A stretch of 64,000 nucleotides of DNA from Candidatus Poribacteria bacterium (GCA_965218095.1 OZ244587.1:2336001-2400000); one strand, 5' to 3'; positions 10,742-21,957 are shown, counted from the first letter of the stretch. The notes: generated from the sequence alone by a model not told the origin. Translations and numbers: made by a program.

Positions 10742-11040
10742 CTATGCTTTCGCTTCTGGTACTGACCACACGCCACCGGGTGCCAGGGCTAAAGCCTGTT
10801 CAAAATGTACCATCCGCTTCGGCCCTGCCGTTGCCAGTATCTTTTCGCCATAGACTGTCCCCTTGCCGGAACGAGACACCCGATTAAGCTCGTCGCGCAG
10901 GAGATCCATCTCGTCTTCCTTGTATCAATAGCCGCAGTTAATCGTATACATGCGCCGTTGGGCGCCACCGCCCCAGGAACTGTGCTTCAAACCTTGATTG
11001 AATACGACGACGTCGTCCCCGGCTGCGATTCGAGTGCGAC
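10742..11040 (-). pseudogene. C-terminal remnant of a PhyH-family dioxygenase, truncated next to IS701
   Basis: DVVVFNQGLKHSSWGGGAQRR..TAGPKR parallels the C-terminus of 3974-4783; internal TGA. Confidence 0.75.
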
Positions 11041-11085
11041 AGCAGGTACGGAAGGCCCATCGAGTCCGTAAGTCTCCTCTAAGCT

Positions 11086-12176
11086 CAGGACTTACGCAAA
11101 ATAAGTAGACACGAACTATGAAAAATAGTAGAACAAACAACACGGAGGTGAATATGGGAACACCGACTCGACTCGATTACTGTCAGTATCTGCTCAGTAG
11201 TCAAATCAACTATACATTAACGCATTTTGCCGACCACAGTCAATACTTTAGCCATGATATGATAAATCGGTATCTGGCTGGTGACCGTATTACCCCTCAC
11301 ATGGTGTGGGAGAACGTCTCTCCCTACATCATTCCCAGCGAACAGGGGTATATCATTTTCAATGATACTGTCCTGGACAAGCGATACTCATTGAACATTG
11401 AGTTGGTACGCCGACAATACAGCGGAAACGCTAAAGGGGTGATTAACGGAATCGGTGGGGTCACCTGTGTGTATGTCAATCCTGTGTTAGACCAATTCTG
11501 GATTATTGACGACCGGATTTACGACCCAGATGGCGATGGCAAGACCAAGTTAATCCATGTACAGGAGATGCTGTCTCTGATAGTCTATCACAAACAACTT
11601 CCGTTTGAGGCTGTATTGATGGATAGTTGGTATGCCACCAAAGTTCTGATGTTGCACATTGAGAAATTGGGCAAACGCTACTATTGCTAGCTGAAATCCA
11701 ATCACTTGGTGGATGATTCCAACGGTCAAAACCCTTATCAGCGAATCGATGCCTTGATGTGGAGAGCAACTGAACTCCAACAGGGTAAACGCATCAAAAT
11801 CAAAGGCTTCCCCAAAGAGCACAAGGTGAAACTCTTCCGGGTGGTGTCTTCTACCGGGCGCACGGATTTTGTCGTGACCAACGACTTGGCTCAAAACACC
11901 CCGTCAGCCGCCCAAGAGGCGTGTAACTGGTGCTGGAAGATTGAGCAGTTTCACCACGAAGGCAAGCCACTGACGGGTTTGGAACGGTGTCAATGTCGAT
12001 TGGCTCGCATTGTTCGCAACCATATCGGCTGTGCGATGTGAGTGTGGATTCGACTTAAGCAAGTGGCCTATGAGACCGGGCAAACTATTTATCAGGTCAA
12101 ACACGGTCTGTTATCTGACTATTTGTCTCAACAGTTGAAATCTTCCTCGATTAAAATGGTTCTTGCGTAAGTCCTG
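11086..12176 (+). mobile_element. IS701-family element
   Basis: TIRs CAGGACTTACGCAA / TTGCGTAAGTCCTG enclose a transposase. Confidence 0.88.
11154..12170 (+). pseudogene. IS701-family transposase with two in-frame stops
   Basis: YCQYLL, SHDMINRYL, QYSGN, DSWY, WKIEQFH in a single frame; TAG at 11688 and TGA at 12039. Confidence 0.85.
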
Positions 12177-12212
12177 AATGTCTTAGAAGGTGTGTGAACA
12201 GTGGTTCTTTGC

Positions 12213-12325
12213 TAACCCCAATCTTTGATCGGGGTTATGAAGCCGATTGGCAACGATTTGGGTCATGAAACTCCGCATTTTTTCAGCCCCTGTCCCCAAA
12301 TGAACCCCGATCCTTAATCGGGGTT
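12213..12325. repeat. Two REP-like hairpins AACCCC(A/G)ATC-N-ATCGGGGTT
   Basis: Copies at about 12213-12237 and 12303-12325. Confidence 0.55.
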
Positions 12326-12348
12326 CCGTAGGAGTAAAAAACCTCTGC

Positions 12349-13401
12349 TCAAAAGGGAACTGGCGTTGACGGGCTGATAGGCTTTCCTATCCGTGCGGAC
12401 TCGTACAGCGCAACCACTGCCGCAACATTGCTCCAACTGTCAGCCAACGAGATGACCGGTTCAGCACCGTCTAGAACGCTGTCCACCATCGAATCGACTT
12501 CGCACTGATAGGCATTGACATTTTCATAAGTCTGCGTATCGATGGCGTGATGGTCCATGCTGTCGCCGAAGGTCAATGTCTCTTCGGCGTCACCACTCCG
12601 AGTCAGCCACACGTTGGCCGAAGCACCGATGTGGTTGACCCACGGCAGATTCACATAAAGCCTACCCTCGGCGCCAAGCAAGTCTGCCTCGACATGAGCG
12701 AATGACTGGAAGCTGCAAAAAAAGTGAACGAGGGTAGCGGCAGGGAATCGCATCTGCGCTGAGAAGCTCAGGTCAACGCTACTGTCTCCGGTGACCTGCG
12801 ACGCACTGACTTCGACCGGCTCGGCTTGCAGTACTGTCCGCGCAAAACTCACGCAATAGCTGCCCAGGTCCCACAACGAACCGCCGCCCATGTCTGCGTC
12901 CATCCGGATGTCCCCTCGATTTTCAAGGGTGTAGGTGAAAACGCCTCGAATCAGACGGACATCACCGATTGCGCCCTCAGCGACCAACTCCTGCAGATAC
13001 CGGGTCTGCGAATGAAACCGCATCATCGCCGCTTCTTGTATAATCACCCTGTTTCTCTTAGCTGCTTGCACCATACGTGCCACTTCCTCGGGCGTGGTGG
13101 CGATGGGTTTTTCGCACAGGACATGCTTGCCCACGCCGGCGCATTTGATCGCCCACTCGGCGTGCAAGTGGTTGGGCAAAGAAAGATAAACCACATCAAT
13201 CTCCGGGTCGGAAAGCATCCGTTCGTACGTACCATAGGCACGGGGGATGTCCCACTGCCTGGCATAAACTTGCGCCCTCTCGTGACTGCGACTTGCCACC
13301 GCCAGAAGTTCGCTCCGATCTGAAGCACGGATGGCAGGTATCAATCGCTCATTGATTCGGGCGGTGCTTAACAAACCCCAACGCACCTGCTTATCTGCCA
13401 T
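12349..13401 (-). CDS. Gfo/Idh/MocA family oxidoreductase
   Basis: WGLLSTARI, LPNHLHAEW, HVLCEKP, GGGSLWDLGSY. Confidence 0.92.
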   Translation of the reverse strand: MADKQVRWGLLSTARINERLIPAIRASDRSELLAVASRSHERAQVYARQWDIPRAYGTYERMLSDPEIDVVYLSLPNHLHAEWAIKCAGVGKHVLCEKPIATTPEEVARMVQAAKRNRVIIQEAAMMRFHSQTRYLQELVAEGAIGDVRLIRGVFTYTLENRGDIRMDADMGGGSLWDLGSYCVSFARTVLQAEPVEVSASQVTGDSSVDLSFSAQMRFPAATLVHFFCSFQSFAHVEADLLGAEGRLYVNLPWVNHIGASANVWLTRSGDAEETLTFGDSMDHHAIDTQTYENVNAYQCEVDSMVDSVLDGAEPVISLADSWSNVAAVVALYESARIGKPISPSTPVPF

Positions 13402-13485
13402 GGTTAACTCCTTGTTGATTCCTGCTTTTACTCGGTTTGTTCATGTGGTCAGTGTTAAGTCCCCGGCATCAGTTTTTGGATGTTT

Positions 13486-13518
13486 AGGAACCGAGTTTTT
13501 TGGAAAAACTCGGTTCCT
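13486..13518. repeat. REP-like palindrome AGGAACCGAGTTTTT-N-AAAAACTCGGTTCCT
   Basis: 15-bp inverted repeat; half copy near 62362-62380. Confidence 0.65.
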
Positions 13519-13568
13519 TACCGCCGAAAAATATGCAGAATTTGTCCCATAAACAAAATTTGGACGGT

Positions 13569-14750
13569 TCAAGCCCGACTGTGATGCGACTCAGCCGGAG
13601 CGTGATACTCGACGCGCAGATGCGGGGTCTCCAGACGCTGATGGTTCTGAATACGCGAAGTCAGACAACTCTCCAACACACCGCTGACGATGAGGGTACG
13701 CTCCGCTGGGAAGGGGGCTCTGCCGGTCATAATCATCTCCTCAATCTTCGCCGCAAGGCAGGCGGAGTAAGTCACATTCGGCGTCGGCGGCAGGAAGAAC
13801 TGGGTGGACACCGGGTCGGGTACGCCCTTGAGCCGTGCGGCGAAGCAGTAATCTCTAACCGCGTCGTTGAGCATCAGTAGCGTGGTCTGGAGCCCATCGT
13901 TGCGTTCGATAAAATAGGCTGCTGGATTTTCGACCAGTTTTTGGAGTTCGCCGCTGCCGAGTAGATCCTGAGTCCGACCATCTTCCTCGGTTAGTCCACA
14001 CGGGCTGTCGCATCGAGAAAGTGCCGCTTCCAAAAGTTCCTTCGACCAACACCCTTCCTCGCCAGCCTCCCACACCGCATCCCCCTCGATTAATTGTACC
14101 GCCTTGACCCCGGTCTCACCACCTTTGCGGCGTTCAACCATGCACTGCATAGCTTCAAGGGCGTGATAATCCATCGGATCGGAGCCACCGACACCTACCA
14201 TCAAGGCACTCTCAATCTCGCAATCAAGGGGCAATTCGACATCTGGCAGACGCCAAGTTACCGGCAGAGACGAGCCAGCGAGGATTGGGAATTCCAAGCG
14301 ATGGCCGTCGTCCACCATCTCCCGTGCCTTCTCGAAACTGTAGGAGAGATGTTTGTCATTGTAGACCGGAACTGCGCGTCCGTCCTCCTCGAAGACTTTG
14401 ACGCATTCCTTGAAGAATTCATAGCGAGGGTAAAGCACCTGACCTTTTTTGTTTCTTGGGTAGTCGCCATGCTCACCGATGATTAGCACGGCATCAACAG
14501 CGAGTTTGTCTCCACCGCAGCGCAACGCTTCAGAAATAGTCGGGTACACGGAAAAACCGAATTCGCGGGCGCGGTCAGTGGATTGGTCTCCTTCGGGCGT
14601 CTGATCAACGTAGAGGGAAACGACTTGGGTATCGGGACGATGCCAGCGACCTTCGTAGGGGTAGCCGACCATGAAGCGGTCGGCGAAGTGTTGGGCATGT
14701 GACAGGTAGCGGTAGATGGTGGCAATTACGGCGATGCGTTTCGGTGCCAT
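13569..14750 (-). CDS. Conserved hypothetical protein with Gfo/Idh/MocA-like N-terminal fold
   Basis: 393 aa; GEHGDYP, NDKHLS, GSSLPVTWR, DYHALE; paralog of the adjacent gene. Confidence 0.8.
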   Translation of the reverse strand: MAPKRIAVIATIYRYLSHAQHFADRFMVGYPYEGRWHRPDTQVVSLYVDQTPEGDQSTDRAREFGFSVYPTISEALRCGGDKLAVDAVLIIGEHGDYPRNKKGQVLYPRYEFFKECVKVFEEDGRAVPVYNDKHLSYSFEKAREMVDDGHRLEFPILAGSSLPVTWRLPDVELPLDCEIESALMVGVGGSDPMDYHALEAMQCMVERRKGGETGVKAVQLIEGDAVWEAGEEGCWSKELLEAALSRCDSPCGLTEEDGRTQDLLGSGELQKLVENPAAYFIERNDGLQTTLLMLNDAVRDYCFAARLKGVPDPVSTQFFLPPTPNVTYSACLAAKIEEMIMTGRAPFPAERTLIVSGVLESCLTSRIQNHQRLETPHLRVEYHAPAESHHSRA

Positions 14751-14771
14751 TTGCGCGTTTCTCCTTTGAAA

Positions 14772-15965
14772 TCAGGTTCGCCAGAAAGTTGATTCTTCCG
14801 TCGGCTGATAAAAAATATTCAGGTGCGGAGTCTCCTGCCGTGTCTGACCCTGAAAGAGACTGTCCACGCCCGCCGCCACCAATCCGGTAGTGAGCAGTGT
14901 GCGCTCGACCGGATAGGTCGCCGCTCCGCTCAAGAACATCTTTTCAACATTGTTGACTAGCGGTGTGAAGAAGTTGGCAAGGGTCGTGCGGGCTGGGGGC
15001 ATCGGCAGGTACATCTGTGTGGACAGCGGGGCGTCCTGACCTTCGAGGTGCGCGGCAAAGTTGAAATCCTGAACCAGTCCGTTCATAAGAATCATGGTAG
15101 CTTTGAGGCCGTCCAAATGCTCGTACTGGTAGGCGATTGGGTCTTCAACCAGTTCCTTCATTTCGTCCAAGGTCGGGAAGATGTTGTTGAACCCCTGCCG
15201 CGAAGGTGTGAGGGTGTGACTGCGGCAGAGGGCAGCCTCGAACAGTTCACGCGACCACAGTTCCTCGTGATGCGCCTCCCAGAATTTGTCACCGCGGTAG
15301 GCCTGCAGCCACTTGACGCCTTTTTCGCCGCCTTCGCGGCGCTCCACCATACACTGGATGGTCTCCAGGGTGTGGAAGTCGTAGCTGTCGACGCCGCCAA
15401 TCGCGATACATATTGCCTCCCGGACACGGGCACCCAAGGGCATGTCGATGGACGGCGTGCGCCAAGTCACTGGCAGGGATGATCCGGACATAAACGCAAA
15501 GCCCATCTCTTGAGAAATGTCGTACATCTCCCGCGCCCAGTCCCAGTTCCAAGAAAGATGCTTGTCATTGAAAATGGGTGCAGTTTTGCCGGTAGCTCTG
15601 TAGACCGAGACAATCTGCTTGAAAAGTTCGTAGCGTGGGTAGAGATGCTGCCCCTTCTCGTTGGAGGGATAGCTACCGTGCTCACCGACCAATAGGACCC
15701 CATCAACGGCAAGCTCGCTGCCTCCCAGGATCAGGGTGTCGGCGATGGTCGGATAGATTTTCATCTGGGGGAAGCGCTCCGCACGGTCATGGCTCAGGTC
15801 ACCTTCAGGCCGCTGGTCAACGTAGAGTGAGACCAGATCCATCGGCGGATGGTGGTGCCGACTGTTCCAGCCGTACCCCTCCAAGAAACGGTCAACGATG
15901 TGCTGGCCATGGGAATACTTGCGGTACTCTGTGACGATGGCCGCAATTTTGGGGCGTTTGGTCAT
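14772..15965 (-). CDS. Conserved hypothetical protein with Gfo/Idh/MocA-like N-terminal fold
   Basis: 397 aa; shares the same motifs as 13569-14750 along its length. Confidence 0.8.
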   Translation of the reverse strand: MTKRPKIAAIVTEYRKYSHGQHIVDRFLEGYGWNSRHHHPPMDLVSLYVDQRPEGDLSHDRAERFPQMKIYPTIADTLILGGSELAVDGVLLVGEHGSYPSNEKGQHLYPRYELFKQIVSVYRATGKTAPIFNDKHLSWNWDWAREMYDISQEMGFAFMSGSSLPVTWRTPSIDMPLGARVREAICIAIGGVDSYDFHTLETIQCMVERREGGEKGVKWLQAYRGDKFWEAHHEELWSRELFEAALCRSHTLTPSRQGFNNIFPTLDEMKELVEDPIAYQYEHLDGLKATMILMNGLVQDFNFAAHLEGQDAPLSTQMYLPMPPARTTLANFFTPLVNNVEKMFLSGAATYPVERTLLTTGLVAAGVDSLFQGQTRQETPHLNIFYQPTEESTFWRT

Positions 15966-16157
15966 AGTTTGAATATCCTTTTAGTCAATATGCAATGGTT
16001 TCGTATTAGTTGCCACGGTAGTTTTAGGACCTCTATCAGGATCGCTCTACCTGTTTTGCCATCCGCTCGAATTGTGGCAATCAGTGTCGAGGGGTCTATA
16101 GATTCTCAAATGCCCGTAATACCGCAGCATCTCCGGGAACTGGGCAAATACCGTTAT

Positions 16158-17166
16158 TTATTCGGTAGGGAAGTATACCTTAACTAGCGGCATCAACCTC
16201 TTACCCTCAATATCAAAACTCTCATAGTGGGTCACAATTAGGTTTGCAAGATCATCAAGTCCCATATAGAGTTAGAGGGATTTTTGAACGAGCTTCTTCA
16301 TATTTGGCGTCCTTTGTAAAACCACCGCTGCTGATATATAACGCTTTGTCACCGTCCTGCAAACCGCCGAGAAAACTACGAATATCTTGAGACCCCATAG
16401 ATGTTCCTGAACGGTGTTTTACTTGGACCTTAATTCTTGGTTCTTCAAGCCCAAGTCCATCGGGGGAAGCAAGAACGTCAACCCCTCGATCTGCTCCTTT
16501 AGGCATAACCCGAGTTTTGTATCCCATAGCTCGTAAAATCGCTGCTGCTAGTAACTCCATTTCATCAGGAGATAGTTGCAATAGCTTGTCTTTGATAAGT
16601 TCGTGGGATTGCGCAAGGGTATCCTCTTTAATCTGATCGAGTCCGTTGTCGTCCACCTCGGTGCTTTCTAGTGTAGTAGGTTCTTGCAGATGAGATAACA
16701 ACTCCGTCGATACTTCCTCATTCACTGAAAAGAGCGTCTGGATACTGCCCAATGAATTTCTTGAGGAAACAGATAGCGCATCCCGGCTTACACGCCCCAG
16801 CCAGTCAACTCTTCGCAAATGGGCGTAATTAGAGATTGCCTCGGAAATTTCATCGGTATTGTGATAGTAATCACTCATAATATTACCGATGAGATATTCG
16901 CGCTGCTGAGGGTCATAGGTCACCACCTTTTGATCCATCTCAAGTGTAAAACGGAATCTGCAAATCATGGACACGGCAAGTCTCGCCTTAACCGGTTTTG
17001 CATCAGGATATGCACGATTATACCGCTCTTTGATTTTTTCTTGAGAGGTTACCGCACTTAAATCACTGATTTTATGCCAACCAATGGCGATAACTTCACG
17101 GGCAACAAATTCTTCAATGAGGTATCCGTCCTCTCCGGCACGAACCAGCCACATTATTTCTGCCAT
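16158..17166 (-). pseudogene. Mrr-like restriction endonuclease, frameshifted near the C-terminus
   Basis: N-terminal WLVRAG domain; DRGVDV..KVQVKHR (PD-QxK), SSGGFTKDA. The tail LDDLANLIVTHYE..VYFPTE* is in another frame (shift at about 16266). Confidence 0.82.
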
Positions 17167-17298
17167 AATCCTTTCCCCTTGCGTTTATTCATATTCACAT
17201 CTCATCGCTTCATGGACATTCTCCACAACTTGACTGCTATGTGTGGAGATACTACACCAATCCACAAAAGAAATCAAGCGAAAAGAGAAGCACCGTCA

Positions 17299-18069
17299 TC
17301 ACCGATACTGCTCCAGATCTCCCCTGTACTCCAACCCCAGCACCCGACGTGACCGTTCCACATTGCAGGTCTTATCCGCCTCGGGCGTCCCCACAATATG
17401 AAAAATGTCGGAGTCAATCACCACTGACTCCATCGCTAGGCGGCAGGCTTCCGCCAGATCATGACGGCACACCCAGTCATTGCCGGTCCGCGTTCCCTCC
17501 GGTCCCAGTTTCTCTCTGCCCCGCCCGATTCCCAATCGACTGTCCACGATATAAGCCGGACGCAGGATAATAATGCGCAAACCGAAGGCGTCATAAAACT
17601 GTCGGCACATCTCCTCCTGCAAACGCTTACAAACCGCATACAGGCTCCCATCCGGTCTTCTGACCTCAGATGTGAAAAATATCCCCCTGGGGTGTACCGT
17701 CTGGCACGAGCCGATATGTACCACCCGCTTGACCCCACGTTGTCGGGCGGATTCGAGGACATTCCACAATCCCTTCAAATTGATCAGGAACGGCTTCTGA
17801 TCGTCTACGCCATAACCTCCCGGTTCGCTGGAGAAATAGACAGCCAAATGAATAATCGCATCCATTCCCGCTGTGGCGTTGTGCACGGTGGTGAAATCCA
17901 CGATGTCACCATGGAGAATCTCCCCGTCCTGCCATTCACCGTCGGTCTCCTTCCACGTCTCCCAGGCCTCTGGGCCTCGATCAAAGGCGCGAACCTGATG
18001 TTTACCCGTTAAATTAGCCAGCACCGATCGGCCTGTCCAACCGGCTGCGCCAAATACTACAACTTTCAT
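17299..18069 (-). CDS. NAD-dependent epimerase/dehydratase family protein
   Basis: VFGAAGWTG, IHLA, YAVCK motifs. Confidence 0.88.
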   Translation of the reverse strand: MKVVVFGAAGWTGRSVLANLTGKHQVRAFDRGPEAWETWKETDGEWQDGEILHGDIVDFTTVHNATAGMDAIIHLAVYFSSEPGGYGVDDQKPFLINLKGLWNVLESARQRGVKRVVHIGSCQTVHPRGIFFTSEVRRPDGSLYAVCKRLQEEMCRQFYDAFGLRIIILRPAYIVDSRLGIGRGREKLGPEGTRTGNDWVCRHDLAEACRLAMESVVIDSDIFHIVGTPEADKTCNVERSRRVLGLEYRGDLEQYR

Positions 18070-18130
18070 CTCTCTATATTCCTTTCCATATTGAGGATGA
18101 GGGGAACGAAACTCATTTAGGACGCTACCC

Positions 18131-18871
18131 CTACCCAAACAGCGGGTTCGTCCCGCCGAAGGCGTCGATTGCCGTACCGGTGATCGCGGAACTTGCGTCT
18201 GATGCCAGGAAAACGGCGACCGCTGCAATCTCGTCAGGCAGTATCAGTTTCGGGTTCTCTGCTCTACCTCGGCTCCCGAATGCCTCGCGGAAGCCCTCCG
18301 TGTCGACACCGCCCGGACAGATACAGTTGACATCAATGCCGTGTGCCTTGACCTCGGCGGCCAGGCTCTCGGTCAGACTAATCAATCCCGCTTTCGTCAC
18401 CCGATACGCGCTGCGGCCTCTGCCGCCCTTCCGTCCACCGATGCTTGAGATGTTGATAATCTTGCCGGACCGATTTGCAATCATGCTCGGCACCACGGCT
18501 TTTGTGAGAAGCGCCGCGCCGGTCAGGTTCACGTCTATAACCTGACGCCACAGATTGGCGTCCAGGTTCACTAGGTCTATGAGCGGGTGAATTATGGCGG
18601 CGTTATTGACCAGGATATCAACGCGCCCGAATCTCGTCAGCGTCTCATCGGCGATGCGTCCAATGTCCGTCTCAACGCCCAGGTCTGCCGTCACGGCCAG
18701 GGCCTCCGGGCCGATTCTCCTGATCTGGTCGACAACCGCTTCAATCGCTTCTGTCGTGCGGGCGGTGGCAACGACGTTTGCCCCTTCACGCCCGAATGCA
18801 AGCGCTGTCGCCCTCCCGATCCCCTTGCTCGCGCCGGTGACAATGGCGATTCTGTTTTCGAGTTTTCTCAT
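18131..18871 (-). CDS. SDR family oxidoreductase
   Basis: TGASKGIG, NNAA, YRVTK; RBS AGGAG before ATG 18871. Confidence 0.92.
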   Translation of the reverse strand: MRKLENRIAIVTGASKGIGRATALAFGREGANVVATARTTEAIEAVVDQIRRIGPEALAVTADLGVETDIGRIADETLTRFGRVDILVNNAAIIHPLIDLVNLDANLWRQVIDVNLTGAALLTKAVVPSMIANRSGKIINISSIGGRKGGRGRSAYRVTKAGLISLTESLAAEVKAHGIDVNCICPGGVDTEGFREAFGSRGRAENPKLILPDEIAAVAVFLASDASSAITGTAIDAFGGTNPLFG

Positions 18872-19014
18872 CGACTTCTCCTTCCTCACCGACAAAGCCG
18901 GCGGGTAACAATAGAATTGAACGGCTGTGATTCTGTCACAATCAAATTCAATGAACGTTAATATATCCTGTAATGTTGTTCTGGGCGTAGTGTGAATTTC
19001 CGATGGCAGTTCAG

Positions 19015-19839
19015 TCAATCACCAAACTTCCACACCTTCAATGCCGTCTTGCTAAAAAGCCATTCTTTGTCCTCGTCAGTGAGGAAGTCAATGTGTGTCC
19101 GAAAGAGCTCCAGCGCGGGTAAATATCCAACTCCCTTGAGCACGCCCGGAAAGTTCGTCCCCCACATCAGGCGCTGCGGTCCGAATGCGTCGTATATCCT
19201 GCGAAAAGTGGAGAACGTATCTTCGTGCGGGTACGGTAATTTTGACTTGTGAGCCTGGGGTGTGAACTTCACATAGACATTCGGATACTCCGCCAGCCGC
19301 AGCACGTTGCTGAGAAGCGGATACGGTGGGGCTTCGTCGGTAGGCGCACCCCCGATGTGATCTAACACGACAGGAACATTTGGAAAGCGGGCAATGATGG
19401 GTTCGATGGCAGGCAAATGGGTGGAAGGTCCATACACGATAAAGCAGACCCCCAAGCTCTCGGCGCGCTGCCATATCGGGTCCTGGTCAGGAGCCGCCCA
19501 CTCTGAGGGATGGTTTGGCCTCGACAGGTGTATCCGCAGCCCAACGAAGCCATCCTCCTTGACCAATCGCTCAAGTTGGTCGGGTGCGTCGGCCGCATTT
19601 CGGTTCACCAGCCCAATCGCTGCGAATTTGCCCGGAAAGCGCCGAAGGCAATCCGCTACATATCGATTATCGTAAAGATAGCCTATCGGCTGAACGATGA
19701 CCGCTTTATCCACTCCTGCTTCAGCCATCGTTTCATTCAGCAACTCGACCGGCGCACCCTCGCTTGCCTGCCTTCCTTCGGCAAACGGGTAACGAGAAAA
19801 GTCATCGCTCCAGACGTGTAAATGGGTATCAATGATCAT
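19015..19839 (-). CDS. Amidohydrolase_2 family (sugar lactonase-like) protein
   Basis: IDTHLHVW, LDHIG, RLMWGTNFP. Confidence 0.88.
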   Translation of the reverse strand: MIIDTHLHVWSDDFSRYPFAEGRQASEGAPVELLNETMAEAGVDKAVIVQPIGYLYDNRYVADCLRRFPGKFAAIGLVNRNAADAPDQLERLVKEDGFVGLRIHLSRPNHPSEWAAPDQDPIWQRAESLGVCFIVYGPSTHLPAIEPIIARFPNVPVVLDHIGGAPTDEAPPYPLLSNVLRLAEYPNVYVKFTPQAHKSKLPYPHEDTFSTFRRIYDAFGPQRLMWGTNFPGVLKGVGYLPALELFRTHIDFLTDEDKEWLFSKTALKVWKFGD

Positions 19840-19871
19840 GTTTCCCTCCACTATAATCAAATCCTTCAGTT

Positions 19872-19919
19872 CTCGTTCCCAAGCTGCAGCTTGGGAACGA
19901 GGGCAACCTTCCGAAGGTT
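19872..19919. repeat. REP-like palindromes
   Basis: CTCGTTCCCAAGCTGCAGCTTGGGAACGAG is a perfect palindrome, followed by AACCTTCCGAAGGTT. Confidence 0.7.
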
Positions 19920-19923
19920 AACC

Positions 19924-20742
19924 TTAGTAGTCAGCAAGCAATTTCCGCAGATGCTTGACCGCCAGCCTGAGGCATTCGTTGGTATCGTATCGATTGCGGT
20001 CTCCGCCTTCAAAGACAATCGACATATTGCCGTTGAAATTCACCGATTTCAGAATTTTCAGAATGCGCCCGTAATCAAGCCATTCTTCTCGCCCGCTGTC
20101 GATCTTGTAAATCTTAGCGCGCACATAAGTGGCGTATGGCGCAGTTCGTTCCAGGTAGTCCTTATAGAGATCTACGTTCGGATCGAACTCACCGCGTGGG
20201 TGCGATCCGATTGCATCCAGCCACTGGCCCGTATCCATAATAAAGGTGAAGTTCTCGTGGTCGATCTCCCGCAGGATGCGCAGGACTTGATCTGCGGTCA
20301 TTGCAAAGCTGCCGTTGTTGTGGTTCTGCAGCCCCAGCATGACTCCCTTCTCCGCCGCATAGTCCGAGAGCTCCTGGAAACGGCGAATCATCGGTCCCCA
20401 CAGGACTTCCTGTTCTTCGACGGTGTCTGGCCATTTGTACCTAGCAAACACCCGGATCATTTGCGCCGACATGAAGGCAGCCACATCCACATCCGCCTTG
20501 CCCCGCTCTATTGCGTCTCGCATTTCGTCTTCTGGCCCCACAAAACTGCCAGCCCCTAGATAACCGATGGGCAAGCCGTGCTTCATGCACAGAATCTTAA
20601 CACGACGCAGAAAATCAGGATCTCTGGGCAGTCCAGAGAGATGGAAATCGATGACATCCAGCCCCAATTCGTGGGCAAATTTGACGTGGCTTTCAAACAC
20701 CGCCGCATTTGTTGCGCGAGCCATCATTCCGAGTTTAATCAT
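19924..20742 (-). CDS. Sugar phosphate isomerase/epimerase (xylose-isomerase-like TIM barrel)
   Basis: LGLQNHN, MDTGQW, SIVFEG motifs. Confidence 0.82.
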   Translation of the reverse strand: MIKLGMMARATNAAVFESHVKFAHELGLDVIDFHLSGLPRDPDFLRRVKILCMKHGLPIGYLGAGSFVGPEDEMRDAIERGKADVDVAAFMSAQMIRVFARYKWPDTVEEQEVLWGPMIRRFQELSDYAAEKGVMLGLQNHNNGSFAMTADQVLRILREIDHENFTFIMDTGQWLDAIGSHPRGEFDPNVDLYKDYLERTAPYATYVRAKIYKIDSGREEWLDYGRILKILKSVNFNGNMSIVFEGGDRNRYDTNECLRLAVKHLRKLLADY

Positions 20743-20766
20743 AATCTCAGTTCCTTTCTTCTATCT

Positions 20767-20906
20767 CAGGACTTACGCAATTGCATAAGTTGATTAACCC
20801 CCAACCTCTTGTGTCCCCTGTATCTTGAATCTTGCATCAGATTTAGGAGTCATGATTCAAGATTCTGTGAAGTTGCATGTTCTGCATATCGGCTGCGTAA
20901 GTCCTA
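20767..20906. mobile_element. 140-bp MITE with IS701-type ends
   Basis: Ends CAGGACTTACGCA / TGCGTAAGTCCTA, flanked by a TATCT direct repeat; non-coding. Confidence 0.8.
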
Positions 20907-20910
20907 TATC

Positions 20911-21957
20911 TTAGTTAGCTTCTTCAAGTTCAGGGTAAAGAGGCAGGTCAATCGGCTAACCGCCCGACTCGGCGGAGCGATAAGCCGCTTCCATCATTTC
21001 CATACAACGCAGACCCTCCACCCAAGTCAGGCAGAGCGGATGTTCTTCCTGAACCCAGCGCACGAAGTCACCGATCTCCAGCCGGTAGGCGTGGTCGAAG
21101 CCCAGATCACCGAAGCGCTCGTGATGTATTTCCTCTTCGTCGAGACGCTGCCAATAGAGATCGATATGGTCTAGGAAGGGAACCAGCTTGAAGCCGCCCT
21201 GCCGGCATTCCGCCCAGGGCCCTTGAGATTCGCGGAACTTGTGCAGCGGGTAGGATAGCCCACCGTTGATGGTCGCCAAACCCCCGGACTCGAATTGAAA
21301 TGTCGTATGCAGGATGTCGAGGAATTTGTATCGCTCGTCATGTTGTGGGCCATACATGGCTATGACTTTGGCAGCATCACCGCACATCGCCCGAAACCAG
21401 TCGATAACACGCACGCCATGCATGTGGAAGAAACCACCGCTCAGTTGGGGGTCAGCCCACCATGTGCCGAAAAAGTTGTAGGGACGGTTGTCAGTGTACT
21501 CGGTGACCGTCACCGCCAGGGCCTCTCCCAGTAACGCTTCATCGGTTAACTCGATCATCCGCGCCCAAGGCGGACGCAGTCGGCGTTTGTGACCGATCAT
21601 CAGCTTGACGTCGCTTTCCCGGCAGGCGTGAGCCATCTCCCAGCACTCGGGCACAGTGCGCGCCATCGCCTTTTCACAGAACACATGCAGACCAGCCTGT
21701 GCGGCAGCAGCAGTGATTTCGGCATGGGCGAAGTTGGCGGCGGTGACCGCCACGGCGTCCAGTCCGCCCGCCGCGAACATTTTCCCGTAGTCGGTAAAGT
21801 GCGGTACATCCAGGTTCAGGGTTTGGGCTGTTTCCACCATGCCAGGGCGATTCACATCGCACAACGCAGTGATGTCCGCTGCCTCCAGCAGGTAGCCGCC
21901 GAGGTGTTTCCCAAAATCACCGCAGCCTACCAGTCCGAAACGGAGCTTCTGACTCAT
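20911..21957 (-). CDS. Gfo/Idh/MocA oxidoreductase; TAG at 20956-20958 probably clips the last 15 aa
   Basis: GLVGCGDFG, HVFCEKAM. Read-through gives the typical tail SAESGxPIDLPL. Confidence 0.85.

Noticed and set aside
19822-20559. 245-aa plus-strand ORF and similar overlapping ORFs
   Set aside because: Antisense to well-supported genes; expected in GC-rich coding DNA.
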